From an uncultured Spirochaetaceae bacterium (GTDB lineage: Bacteria; Spirochaetota; Spirochaetia; Sphaerochaetales; Sphaerochaetaceae), in contig CALXYI010000032.1 of the NCBI GenBank assembly GCA_944392935.1, positions 132 through 64,131 of the forward strand: a stretch of DNA of 64,000 nt, written 5' to 3'. Position 1 is the first letter of the stretch. The number at the start of each line of letters is the position of its first letter. A program made the translations under genes and the position numbers. This document shows, one piece after another, positions 25,144 to 34,658 of the stretch. The notes beneath the pieces are model-generated. The model did not search any database and had not been told where the DNA came from. It saw nothing but the letters and a program-made list of their open reading frames with translations.

Positions 25144-25350
25144 GTGATTCCTCTAAATGAACTTATCGATAAGGAATGCAATGTCTACGAGCTTACGAGC
25201 GTAGCTATCAAGGAAGCGGCGATCTACGCTGCTACCGATAAGAGGAAGGAGATCGAGGACAAGGGGGACAAGATCGTCTCCGTGGTCCTCTCACGCGCTC
25301 TTAACGATGAGATCGAGTACAGGGAAGACGAAGACGGCACGGAGGAATAA
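25144..25350 (+). CDS. rpoZ: DNA-directed RNA polymerase subunit omega
   Basis: 68 aa. GTG start behind AAGGAG. Omega core NVYELTSVAIKEAA. It occupies the conserved yicC-(kinase)-rpoZ position. Confidence 0.8.
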   Translation: MIPLNELIDKECNVYELTSVAIKEAAIYAATDKRKEIEDKGDKIVSVVLSRALNDEIEYREDEDGTEE

Positions 25351-26272
25351 GGCCGTTGTCCTTTTCGGTCCTACCGCTGTCGGCAAGACCGCCCTTACGG
25401 AAGAGCTCTTCAGCAGCGGCTTCGAGATAGTGAATGCCGATTCGGTCCAGGTCTACAGGGGCCTTGACATAGGGTCGGCGAAGCCCGGCAGCCGCCTGCG
25501 TGCATCCATTCCGCATCATCTTCTTGATATCCGCGATCCCTGGGAGCAGTACACAGCCGGGGATTTCGTGCGTGATGCGGAGCTCTGCATCTCCGATATC
25601 TCATCCCGCTCCCATATTCCGCTCATAACAGGCGGCACCGCCTATTATTTCAGATCCCTTGTCTACGGTCCTTCAGCTGCGCCTCCTTCCGATGAGGCCG
25701 TCAGGATCGCCGTGAGGCAGGAGATGGAGAGGAAAGGCATCGCATGGGCCCATTCATACCTGGCTTCGGTAGATCCCGTATCCGCCTCACGGATAGCCAT
25801 CGGCGATACCTACCGCATATCGCGTGCGATAGAGGTGTACAGATGCTCCGGACAGCCGCTTTCATCATTCGCTCTTCCATCCCGGCCCCGCAGCGATATC
25901 GATTTCATAATCATAGGGCTTGACCGTGACCGCACAGAGCTCAGGAGCCGTATCCGCGAGCGTGTGGATGAGATGTTCAGGGAAGGCCTTTATGATGAGA
26001 TAAGGCGCCTCATGGACATGGGTGCAGGGCGTGCATGGCCTGCTATGAGGGCCATCGGCTACAGGGAGTTCCTCGATGCGGCGGAATCCGGCGAGGTCTC
26101 GCTTCCGGTGATCAAGGATGATATAGTGCGCTCGACATGCCAGTATGCCAAGCGCCAGATGACTTTCTTCTCCTCATTCACCGCTGCCCGCTTCTTCCAT
26201 CCCGGAGACAGCCGCGGCATCAGGGAGTATCTCTCTTCCAGGGGAATAGGTGCTGACGGTCTCGTATCCTAG
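25307..26272 (+). CDS. miaA: tRNA dimethylallyltransferase
   Basis: P-loop GPTAVGKT, NADSVQVYRGLDIGSAKP, YAKRQMTFF. The only in-frame start before the P-loop is ATG 25307, which overlaps rpoZ by 44 nt. Confidence 0.9.
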   Translation: MRSSTGKTKTARRNKAVVLFGPTAVGKTALTEELFSSGFEIVNADSVQVYRGLDIGSAKPGSRLRASIPHHLLDIRDPWEQYTAGDFVRDAELCISDISSRSHIPLITGGTAYYFRSLVYGPSAAPPSDEAVRIAVRQEMERKGIAWAHSYLASVDPVSASRIAIGDTYRISRAIEVYRCSGQPLSSFALPSRPRSDIDFIIIGLDRDRTELRSRIRERVDEMFREGLYDEIRRLMDMGAGRAWPAMRAIGYREFLDAAESGEVSLPVIKDDIVRSTCQYAKRQMTFFSSFTAARFFHPGDSRGIREYLSSRGIGADGLVS

Positions 26273-27694
26273 GTATTCCCGCCCGGTTATCTCAGACCCT
26301 GTTATGTTCCACCAGCCTCTCCGGTTCCAGCTGAAGCTGAATGTCTGCTCGACGCTGTAGCCATAGAGCGCTTCCGTGCCGCCTGCAGTGGAGGCTTCCC
26401 CGCTCAGATCGGAGGCGAGGGTGGTGTACCATGTGCTGTGCGCGGTGTATTCGCTCTCGCCTGTGCGCTCTATGGAATCAAGCACGACACCGTAGATCAC
26501 CGATGTGTCAGGAACGGGAGGGGAGCCTGCGGCAAGCCAGTCATTGACGTTTATCACCGTCTCCATGCCTTCGTAGGCCATGCGGGTCCGTGAGGTTACA
26601 TAAAGTGTCGTTATCTCCCTTTCCTGCGGAGCCTCGAAGCCCTTTATGGCCTCCCTGATGAGGTCCGGGCGGCAGTCGCTCTGGGCATCGTAGAATGCCT
26701 CGATGATCTCCTCCGGATCCATGTCCTTCGTCAGAGGCGGTTCAAGCAGCCCGGAGATCCATGACCAGAGGAAGACTGCGATGGATATGGCCGCTGCTGC
26801 GGCTATGCAGATGACCGTACCGCGTCTTCTCCAGAATATCCTGCGCCCTGCCTTCCTCTCCCTTGATGCCATGAACGAGGTGAACGGAGCGGAGGATTCG
26901 GCAGCGGCTATGGCCCTGTCGCGTTCCTCCTCTGTCCGGTCTTCAGCATCCCACTCAAGCGATGCCGAGCGGGAGAGGAACCATCCAAGGCATTCACCGG
27001 CCTTCCCGTTCCCCATGATATCCCTCATCTCGCGGCTTCTGGCATTGAGGATGAAGCTGATGAAGCCATCGGTCCTCTCCGGCAGCTGCGCATATGCGCT
27101 GAGCGGGACTTGCCTGTATCCTGATTCCCTGATTCCATCGCGGGCGAATGGAAGCACTCCCGAGGCGGCATAGTACAGGAGCTCGGCCATCTCCGTTATG
27201 AGCAGGAAGCCTTTCTCCGCATTGCCCTGTATGATGCTGCTAACGCACCTTTCCTTCTCCTTGTCGTCCATCATCACGGAGAATATGTCCCCGAGGTCAG
27301 GCGGCAGGAGCAGTATCCCGCAGTCCCCTGCGATCCAGATCCTGTAGAGAGGGAATATGCCCGATTCCAGGTCAAGGAACTCCTCATCCGCGCTCTCGAG
27401 AGCCACGGCTATGTTCCTGACTATCCTCAGCGCATCCTTCCTGCACTCCGTGGCTATCGCATCGATGGGGCGTATGCTGAGAGGAGGGAAGTACACGTAT
27501 CTCATCCCGTCTATGACGCACATCCCTTCCCAGTACCACTCTGAGAAGGCCTTCCCATCGTAGATGATGCCGCTCTTCTTCTCTCCCTGCATCAGATGCC
27601 TCGGGAGTCCGAATGAATCATCGCCTATGAGGATCGCGGTCTTCGCTTCCCCGTCCCTTTCTATCTCTGCTATCCTTCCTGCCATCTTCCTCAA
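26174..27694 (-). CDS. Membrane-anchored hypothetical protein with a possible degenerate kinase-like N-terminal domain
   Basis: 506 aa. Central TM segment VICIAAAAAISIAVFLWSWISGLL. The N-terminal domain has a kinase C-lobe-like stretch (MAELLYYAASGVLPF) but no HRD/DFG that I can see. ATGA overlap with the upstream gene. Confidence 0.7.
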   Translation of the reverse strand: MRKMAGRIAEIERDGEAKTAILIGDDSFGLPRHLMQGEKKSGIIYDGKAFSEWYWEGMCVIDGMRYVYFPPLSIRPIDAIATECRKDALRIVRNIAVALESADEEFLDLESGIFPLYRIWIAGDCGILLLPPDLGDIFSVMMDDKEKERCVSSIIQGNAEKGFLLITEMAELLYYAASGVLPFARDGIRESGYRQVPLSAYAQLPERTDGFISFILNARSREMRDIMGNGKAGECLGWFLSRSASLEWDAEDRTEEERDRAIAAAESSAPFTSFMASRERKAGRRIFWRRRGTVICIAAAAAISIAVFLWSWISGLLEPPLTKDMDPEEIIEAFYDAQSDCRPDLIREAIKGFEAPQEREITTLYVTSRTRMAYEGMETVINVNDWLAAGSPPVPDTSVIYGVVLDSIERTGESEYTAHSTWYTTLASDLSGEASTAGGTEALYGYSVEQTFSFSWNRRGWWNITGSEITGREYLGYETVSTYSPGREILPDAAAVSGMEEAGSGE

Positions 27695-28413
27695 TCCATA
27701 TAGAAATACGCATGCCCGGCCATCCTTTCCTCAGTGCCGAGGCCTGCGAAGCGCCAGCGTGAGCGGAGCGCACGCTGCAGCGCTTCTATCGCAGGTGTGC
27801 CGCATGCGCCTATCCTGCCCTTATGCCACTGGTCGAGAAGACCATCCCCTCTCTCTATCGCCTTTATGGTCCGGTCCCTCTCTTCCTTCACCTTCTCCTC
27901 TGCAAGTCCCCTCCCGGTCATGTTCGATGAGATTATGAAGGCAGTCCTTCCATCATCCAATGCCTCCGCGATCCCTGCAAGCAGCCTCGCATCCTGGCTT
28001 GTCCTCGCATGCATGAAGACAGGATACAGCGTCGAGGCCGGATTATGGTAAGCGATGAACGGATACAGGAGCTCCAGGCTGTATTCCTCTTCCTCATAGG
28101 AGGCTGAGGATGGGTATCCGAGGCTTCCGATCCTGACGATGCCGAGCTCCGTCCGCTCCTCCCTCTCAGACGGAGAGAAGAGGATGCTGGAGCTATCACG
28201 GATGAGAGGCTCCCTGTGGAGGGGGAGGAATGCGACTATCCTCGTGCCGTCCGGAATGGATGCGAATGCCTCCCTGTATAGATGCGCTGAGTACTGCAGC
28301 GCCTGATGGGGGAGTATGAATGCCCTGTGCGGAACGCCGGCAGCAATCGGGCTGACCGCTGCCAGCAGCTCATCCCTGTTCCCGGGATAGAAGATGCTGC
28401 TGTGGTATATCAT
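27691..28413 (-). CDS. Memo-like (AmmeMemoRadiSam system protein B family) protein, divergent
   Basis: SSIFYPGNRDELL and AFILPHQALQYSAHLY resemble the family N-terminal motifs (FYPG..., PHAGY.YSG). 4-nt overlaps on both sides. Confidence 0.6.
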   Translation of the reverse strand: MIYHSSIFYPGNRDELLAAVSPIAAGVPHRAFILPHQALQYSAHLYREAFASIPDGTRIVAFLPLHREPLIRDSSSILFSPSEREERTELGIVRIGSLGYPSSASYEEEEYSLELLYPFIAYHNPASTLYPVFMHARTSQDARLLAGIAEALDDGRTAFIISSNMTGRGLAEEKVKEERDRTIKAIERGDGLLDQWHKGRIGACGTPAIEALQRALRSRWRFAGLGTEERMAGHAYFYMD

Positions 28414-29801
28414 CGGAGTATCTCCCTGACTCTTTCCTCGTCGAGGACGGCCGACAGGTTCCTTTCCTGCGTCGGAAGCACGAGTCCCTGCTTCCCGTCC
28501 TTTGCACGCCTGAGGTACTTGACCTGCGTATAGTACAGGTCAGCCCTGCCGCTCTTCTTCGCCTTGGAGTAGTGGATCGCAAGCGATGCGGCATCGAGGA
28601 GCACGGGGAGCGGGACCGTCTTCCCCTTCTGTGCCTTGATGATGACATAGCCTCCGGCATAGTCCCGTGTATGGAGCCACAGGTCGGAACCCCGGGCATG
28701 GGTACGGAGTATCTCGTCGTTCTCCTTTGCGCTGCGCCCTACGATCATGTCGAAGCCCCGCACGGTAAGCCACAGCCCGGGGCGTTTCCCGCTGCCGTCC
28801 TTCCGGCTGTCGGGAGCCTTCTCCACGGCTTTCCGCAGCTTCTCATCGGATGCGCCGTCAAGCAGGATGCGGTAGCGCTCCTCCGTCTCCCTGATCTCAG
28901 CCTCGGTGCGCTCTATCTCCTCCCGGGCCATCTCCGATGCCTTCCTGTCCTTGCGGTAGCGCTGATAGAGCCTCTCCAGGTTCTCGTTGGGAGAAAGCGA
29001 TGCATCGAGGGCTATCGTTATCCTTCCGCCTCTCTCCCAGTCATCAAGCTCTATGCTCTTCATTCCCTTCTGCACCATGAAGAGGCTTGCGGAGAGGATA
29101 TCCGCGGCACGCCTTGTCTCCTCGTAGCCCGATGTCTCCTTCTCCCTTTCCATCTGCCTCTGCCGCCTCTCGCGGAGTGCCGCAAGCTCCCTGTCCCGCT
29201 TCTCCGTGAGACGCTCAAGGAGATCTTCCCTCATGCTGTCCGAGGCTTCCTGGGACATCCCGCTGTCTATGGCCTCGCTCAGCGTCGCGGTGGTGTATGG
29301 CCGGATATCATAATGCCTGCTGCCCTCATCCTGCCTTATATCGATGGCGAGCGGCTTCCCATTCTCCTCGCCGCGGTTCGGTCTCCTGTACAGGAGCTCC
29401 TGTATGATGCCGCTGCTGCTGGTGATGATGATATTCGCCCCTGGGCCGGAGAACAGGCGGATGTGCATCTCCAGCGTTTCCTCCGATGAGGAGAGCGTGA
29501 GGCGGAATGCCCTGTCATATGGATACTGCCATACGCCCGCTATCCTCTTGCCCACTATATGCGCGTTCATGTACTGGGTGAAGCGCTGCATGCGCTTGGT
29601 CTTCGGCCTCATCCGCTCTGTCCTGCATATGCGCGCATACGGCGATGACACCTCCACATACAGAAGCCAGGCCTTCTCCGTGCGTGAGTACATGGAGAAT
29701 GTGAATGAATTGACGCTGTGCTCCGTTATCCTCTGGATATAGCTTCCCTCCAGAGGCAGCTCGGACAGTATCCTCTCCGTTTCCTTCCAGTTAAGCCCCA
29801 T
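28410..29801 (-). CDS. rqcH: NFACT family protein (RqcH / fibronectin-binding protein A-like)
   Basis: NFACT-N start (LEGSYIQRI, SPYARICRT), a charged coiled-coil middle, and an NFACT-R/DUF814 end (DLWLHTRDYAGGYVIIKA). At 463 aa it is shorter than B. subtilis RqcH. Confidence 0.8.
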   Translation of the reverse strand: MGLNWKETERILSELPLEGSYIQRITEHSVNSFTFSMYSRTEKAWLLYVEVSSPYARICRTERMRPKTKRMQRFTQYMNAHIVGKRIAGVWQYPYDRAFRLTLSSSEETLEMHIRLFSGPGANIIITSSSGIIQELLYRRPNRGEENGKPLAIDIRQDEGSRHYDIRPYTTATLSEAIDSGMSQEASDSMREDLLERLTEKRDRELAALRERRQRQMEREKETSGYEETRRAADILSASLFMVQKGMKSIELDDWERGGRITIALDASLSPNENLERLYQRYRKDRKASEMAREEIERTEAEIRETEERYRILLDGASDEKLRKAVEKAPDSRKDGSGKRPGLWLTVRGFDMIVGRSAKENDEILRTHARGSDLWLHTRDYAGGYVIIKAQKGKTVPLPVLLDAASLAIHYSKAKKSGRADLYYTQVKYLRRAKDGKQGLVLPTQERNLSAVLDEERVREILR

Positions 29802-31203
29802 CTGCTTCCTTCAGCCTTCCCATCCCTGCGGCGAGATAGAATGAACCTGTTATGAGTATATCAGAGGAGAATGCAAGTGCGCTATCCAGGGCCCTGTCCT
29901 GATCCTCCTCCAGCCTTATGTCCTTGTCGGGGAAGAGCGCGGTGGCGAGTGCGTATATCGCTCCGGGATCGCTTTCCCTGTATGTTCCCGGACGCGATAT
30001 GATGATCCTCCGGAAGGGTGGGAAGAGGGTGCGTACCAGGCCTTCTATATCCTTGCCCCTGACCGCTCCGAACACGAGCACGGGATTCCCTGATGAGAGC
30101 GTGAGGAATGCATCACGCGATGCGGCAGCTGAATTCGCGGTGTGCGCGGTGTCGATGACGATGAGGCGGCCGTTCAGCCTCCGTCTCTCGAATCTTCCTG
30201 GCAGTGCGGTCCTCTCCATTGCCCTGATCCCCTCGTCGGACAGGAATCCCAGCCGGGATGCCGTCAGCACCGCCAGTGCGGCATTCCCGGCCTGCGCCGC
30301 GGTGCACATCCTCAGAGTAAGCCTGAATTCCCTCCCATCGAGGATGAATGAGACATGCTCGCCATCCTGCTCCGTCGATGACCTGAGGCAGGATACCTCA
30401 TTCATCAGGGAGTGGACAGGAGCCATGCATCTGGCAGCCTCGTCGATGAATACCCGTTCGGCCTCCTCGGGCTCGGCGGATATGAAGACAGGCTTCCCTT
30501 CCACGATTATCCTTGATTTCTCCCTGGCTATGGCAGAAATCGTCCTTCCCAGCACATCGGTGTGCTCCAGCTCCACAGGAGTCAGGATGACGGCCTCGGG
30601 AGATAGGGTGTTCGTGGCATCCAGCCTGCCGCCCAGACCCGTCTCGATCACCGCATCCGTGCATCCTGCCCGCATGAACAGAAGATATGCGTAGGCAGTA
30701 TACATCTCGAATACCGTGGGGCGTTCAGGCCCGTATCCCTCCGGCAGGCGCAGCGCCCCGGTCATCTCCTCGAGGCTGTTGTATGCTGATATATACTCAT
30801 CATCGCTGAAGAATGCGCCTGAGAGCGTGAACCGTTCCCTTACCGTATACAGATGCGGGGATGTGTAGAGGCCGCATTTCCTTCCGTATCCTGAGAGCAG
30901 GGCTGCAAGATATGCGCAGGTCGATCCCTTTCCCTTGGAGCCTGCCGCATGGTAGCTCCTGAAGCTCCTCTCGGGATTGCCGATCGCCTCGAGGATGAGC
31001 CGCATCCTGTCAAGCCTGTATTCCCTTATCCTCCTGTCGGGAAGGGAAGGGCTGTATGAATCGAAGACCGTCTCAAGCTCATCTATCGAATGGATCACAG
31101 CGGAGAAGTCTAGCACAATAAAGGCGCATAGGCCATCACCCCTGCATGGCGCACCTGCATCCGGGCAGCTATGCCCTGGAATGCATAATTCCTGAATATC
31201 CAT
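29791..31203 (-). CDS. folC: Folylpolyglutamate synthase/dihydrofolate synthase
   Basis: Mur-ligase P-loop AAGSKGKGSTCAYL and downstream Mur ligase middle and C domains. The start is uncertain because the first ~35 aa are atypical and no RBS precedes ATG 31203. Confidence 0.9.
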   Translation of the reverse strand: MDIQELCIPGHSCPDAGAPCRGDGLCAFIVLDFSAVIHSIDELETVFDSYSPSLPDRRIREYRLDRMRLILEAIGNPERSFRSYHAAGSKGKGSTCAYLAALLSGYGRKCGLYTSPHLYTVRERFTLSGAFFSDDEYISAYNSLEEMTGALRLPEGYGPERPTVFEMYTAYAYLLFMRAGCTDAVIETGLGGRLDATNTLSPEAVILTPVELEHTDVLGRTISAIAREKSRIIVEGKPVFISAEPEEAERVFIDEAARCMAPVHSLMNEVSCLRSSTEQDGEHVSFILDGREFRLTLRMCTAAQAGNAALAVLTASRLGFLSDEGIRAMERTALPGRFERRRLNGRLIVIDTAHTANSAAASRDAFLTLSSGNPVLVFGAVRGKDIEGLVRTLFPPFRRIIISRPGTYRESDPGAIYALATALFPDKDIRLEEDQDRALDSALAFSSDILITGSFYLAAGMGRLKEADGA

Positions 31204-31216
31204 GGAAATGCAAAAC

Positions 31217-31256
31217 TTAACGCAGATTTAACATGCCATAGCTTGGTTCTTAATAC
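31217..31256 (+). promoter_or_regulatory. Candidate Pho box array overlapping the pstS promoter
   Basis: TTAACG (31217) and TTAACA (31228) lie 11 nt apart, with TTAATA (31250) in the same helical phase. A TAATAC -10-like element is at 31251-31256, about 58 nt upstream of pstS. Confidence 0.45.
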
Positions 31257-31313
31257 TGCATCACTACCATTTCGGCATAACACAAAGGGCTATGCCCTCA
31301 TAGGAGTATTGAA

Positions 31314-32126
31314 ATGAAGAGAATCCTCATGATCACGCTTATTGCGGCTCTTGCAGCCACCGTAGCATTCGCAGGCGGTTCCAAGGAAGAGACAGCTACT
31401 GTCTCGACAGACGGATCCACATCGATGGAGCAGGTTATCCTTTCCCTTGCAGAGCAGTACATGACCGACAATCCGAACGTCAATGTGACATATAACCCGA
31501 CAGGAAGCGGCACAGGCATCACGGCAGCTCTCGAAGGCAGGTGCGACATCGGCCTTTCCTCCCGCGCGCTCAAGGACAGCGAGGTTGAGAGCGGGCTTGC
31601 CGAGACGATCGTCGCCCTTGACGGAATCGCCATCATCGTCAACCCTGAGAACACCATCTCCGATCTCTCGATCGAGCAGATCTCAGGCCTCTTCACAGGC
31701 GCTGTCTCCAACTGGAGCGAGATCGGCGGACCGGATGCTCCTGTCGTGCCTATCGGACGTGAGGCAGGAAGCGGCACAAGGGATGGCTTCGAGTCGATAA
31801 CGGATACGGAGGATGCATGCGCATACAGCCAGGAGCTTACCTCCACGGGCGCTGTCATCACGGCTGTTTCCCAGAATCCGGGCGCAATCGGATATGCTTC
31901 CCTTGCAAGCAACCTTGAGGATGTCAAGGTCGTGACGGTCGAGGGTGTCGCTCCTTCCGAGGACACTGTAAAGAGCGGCGACTACAGGATCCAGAGGCCG
32001 TTTGTCTTCGCAACACTCGCAGAGACTCCGCTTTCAGACGCTGCACAGGCATTCTTCGATTACTGCGTATCATCGGATGCAGCTTCCATCATCGCTGGTG
32101 CTGGTGCTGTTCCTGTAGCTGACTGA
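31314..32126 (+). CDS. pstS: Phosphate ABC transporter substrate-binding protein
   Basis: Signal peptide MKRILMITLIAALAATVAFA. PstS-family motifs (GSGTGI, GREAGSGTRD). Confidence 0.9.
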   Translation: MKRILMITLIAALAATVAFAGGSKEETATVSTDGSTSMEQVILSLAEQYMTDNPNVNVTYNPTGSGTGITAALEGRCDIGLSSRALKDSEVESGLAETIVALDGIAIIVNPENTISDLSIEQISGLFTGAVSNWSEIGGPDAPVVPIGREAGSGTRDGFESITDTEDACAYSQELTSTGAVITAVSQNPGAIGYASLASNLEDVKVVTVEGVAPSEDTVKSGDYRIQRPFVFATLAETPLSDAAQAFFDYCVSSDAASIIAGAGAVPVAD

Positions 32127-32145
32127 CCATCAGGGGAATCAGGAA

Positions 32146-33051
32146 ATGAACCTGAGAGAATTCATCGACCAGAAGGGATACAGGCATAATCCCCGCAGGC
32201 TGATGGAGGATATCATCCACATGGTCTTCCTGATCCTCGGTCTCGTTGCGGTCGGCTCGGTCCTGGTCATCACGGTATACCTCGTGATCTCCGGCCTGCC
32301 GGCCATCTTCAGGATAGGCCCGGTGGAGTTCCTCTTCGGAACCCGCTGGGCTTCCACTGCAGCTGAGCCCGAGTTCGGTATCCTCCCATTCATCCTGACC
32401 AGTATCTATGGTACGGCAGGGGCTATCATCATAGGTGTTCCGATAGGATTCTTCGCAGCTGTGTATCTTGCGAAGATGGCTCCGAAGAAGGTCAGGGATG
32501 CAATGGAGCTCTGCATAGGGGTGCTTGCGGGCATTCCTTCTGTCGTATATGGCCTTGTAGGCATGACGATCCTTGTCCCCGGCATAAGGATACTCTTCGG
32601 AGTTCCCGATGGCGCGACGCTGCTGGCGGCAATCATCGTGCTTGCGGTGATGATCCTGCCATCGGTCATCAACGTGTCGCTCACGTCGCTCCAGGCAGTC
32701 CCGAGGGAATATGAGGAAGCCTCGCTTGCACTCGGCGCTACCGATATAGAGACGTATTTCCGCGTGACTGTCCCCGCAGCCAAGAGCGGTATATTCACAG
32801 CTATAGTGCTCGGAATAGGAAGGGCTATCGGAGAGGCCATGGCGATCATGATGGTTGCAGGCAACGTGGCCAACATGCCATCGATCTTCAAGTCCGTGCG
32901 GTTCCTCACGACAGCAGTCGCATCTGAGATGTCGTATTCATCGGGGCTGCAGAGGGAGGCGCTCTTCTCAATAGCGCTCGTGCTCTTCCTCTTCATAATG
33001 ATAATCAATGCCATCCTCAATGTGCTGAAGACAGGAGGAGAGAGAAGATGA
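32146..33051 (+). CDS. pstC: Phosphate ABC transporter permease PstC
   Basis: Polytopic, with a binding-protein-dependent permease EAA-like region (EASLALGAT). First permease after pstS. Confidence 0.9.
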   Translation: MNLREFIDQKGYRHNPRRLMEDIIHMVFLILGLVAVGSVLVITVYLVISGLPAIFRIGPVEFLFGTRWASTAAEPEFGILPFILTSIYGTAGAIIIGVPIGFFAAVYLAKMAPKKVRDAMELCIGVLAGIPSVVYGLVGMTILVPGIRILFGVPDGATLLAAIIVLAVMILPSVINVSLTSLQAVPREYEEASLALGATDIETYFRVTVPAAKSGIFTAIVLGIGRAIGEAMAIMMVAGNVANMPSIFKSVRFLTTAVASEMSYSSGLQREALFSIALVLFLFIMIINAILNVLKTGGERR

Positions 33052-33908
33052 TCGAGAGGATATCAGGGACGAGGAGGACATGGTGCACGGTCATGAAAGC
33101 GCTGTGCTATCTCTCCCTCATCCTTGTAACGGCCCTTACGGCCTTCATGATACTGTATGTGCTTTTCCGCGGCGTGCCGCATATCACACCGCAGCTGCTG
33201 TTCACTAAGCCGAGCACCCTTCGGCATACGATCGGTATCCTTCCGGATATACTCAACACGATATACATCGTCATAGCGACGCTTGTTGTCGTGCTTCCGA
33301 TCGGAGTAGGCGCGGCCATCTATCTCAATGAATATGCGACGAACAGGAAGATCGTCGAGTTGATAGAGTTCGCGGCTGAGACGCTTTCCGGCATACCGTC
33401 CATAATCTACGGCCTTGTCGGCATGCTCGTATTCGTGCAGTTCTGCTCGCTGGGGACCTCGCTTATGGCCGGGGCCCTGACCCTGGTCATAATGAACCTC
33501 CCTACGATAATGAGGACAACGCAGGAAAGCCTGAAGACAGTTCCCGAGAGCTACAGGGAAGGCGCATTCGCGCTAGGGGCCGGGAAGTGGCGCGTCATCA
33601 GGACGGTTGTGCTCCCGACATGCGTCAACGGCATCGTCACAGGGTGCATCCTTTCGATCGGAAGGATACTCAGCGAGTCCGCAGCCCTTCTTTTCACGGC
33701 AGGATTCGCACATAACATCAATGGATTCATCGATGGGCTTGGATCTGCAGGCGCAACCCTCACTGTCGCGCTCTATGTCTATGCAAGCGAGCGCGGGGAG
33801 TTCGATATCGCATTCGCGATCGCATCCATCCTGATGGTCCTTACCGTCATCATAAACCTCCTTACCGGATATATGGGAAGGCTGATGAAGAGGAGAAACG
33901 GACAGTGA
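33048..33908 (+). CDS. pstA: Phosphate ABC transporter permease PstA
   Basis: ATGA overlap with pstC. Polytopic, EAA-like region [11 protein letters not shown]. Confidence 0.9.
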   Translation: MIERISGTRRTWCTVMKALCYLSLILVTALTAFMILYVLFRGVPHITPQLLFTKPSTLRHTIGILPDILNTIYIVIATLVVVLPIGVGAAIYLNEYATNRKIVELIEFAAETLSGIPSIIYGLVGMLVFVQFCSLGTSLMAGALTLVIMNLPTIMRTTQESLKTVPESYREGAFALGAGKWRVIRTVVLPTCVNGIVTGCILSIGRILSESAALLFTAGFAHNINGFIDGLGSAGATLTVALYVYASERGEFDIAFAIASILMVLTVIINLLTGYMGRLMKRRNGQ

Positions 33909-34657
33909 CAATCATAGAGACAAAGGATCTGGACCTCTGGTACGGATCGATGCAGGCGCTGAAGAAGATAAACCTCAGCATGGAAGAGAAGAGCATCACG
34001 GCTCTCATCGGCCCTTCGGGATGCGGCAAGTCCACATTCCTCCGTACGCTCAACAGGATGAACGATCTCGTTCCCGGCGTGAGGATAGAGGGGCAGGTGA
34101 TCTATAACGGGGAGGATATCTTCTCGCCGAAGGTGGATGTCAACGGGCTCAGATATGAGGTCGGCATGGTCTTCCAGAAGCCGAACCCGTTCATGATGAG
34201 CATATACGACAATATCGCATACGGGCCGCGCACCCATGGCATAAAGAGCAAGGTGAAGCTCGATGAGATCGTGGAGAAGGCTCTTGTCGATGCCTCCCTC
34301 TTCGATGAGGTGAAGGACAGGCTGAGGAAGAGCGCCCTCGGGCTTTCCGGAGGGCAGCAGCAGCGGCTCTGCATCGCACGCGCTCTTGCCGTGCAGCCGA
34401 AGGTGCTGCTTATGGATGAGCCCACATCGGCCCTCGATCCCATCTCCACTGCGAAGATAGAGGAGCTTGCGATGAGCCTCTGCGACAGGTATACGATCAT
34501 AATCGTCACGCACAATATGCAGCAGGCGCTCCGCATCGCGCACAAGACGGCTTTCTTCCTCCTTGGCGAGGTTATAGAATATGACACTACGGAGAGGATA
34601 TTCTCCAACCCGTCTGATTCAAGGACGGAGGATTACGTAACAGGAAGGTTCGGTTGA
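33905..34657 (+). CDS. pstB: Phosphate ABC transporter ATP-binding protein
   Basis: GTG start overlapping the pstA stop. Walker [10 protein letters not shown], signature LSGGQQQR, Walker [12 protein letters not shown]. Confidence 0.95.
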   Translation: MTIIETKDLDLWYGSMQALKKINLSMEEKSITALIGPSGCGKSTFLRTLNRMNDLVPGVRIEGQVIYNGEDIFSPKVDVNGLRYEVGMVFQKPNPFMMSIYDNIAYGPRTHGIKSKVKLDEIVEKALVDASLFDEVKDRLRKSALGLSGGQQQRLCIARALAVQPKVLLMDEPTSALDPISTAKIEELAMSLCDRYTIIIVTHNMQQALRIAHKTAFFLLGEVIEYDTTERIFSNPSDSRTEDYVTGRFG

Positions 34658-34658
34658 T

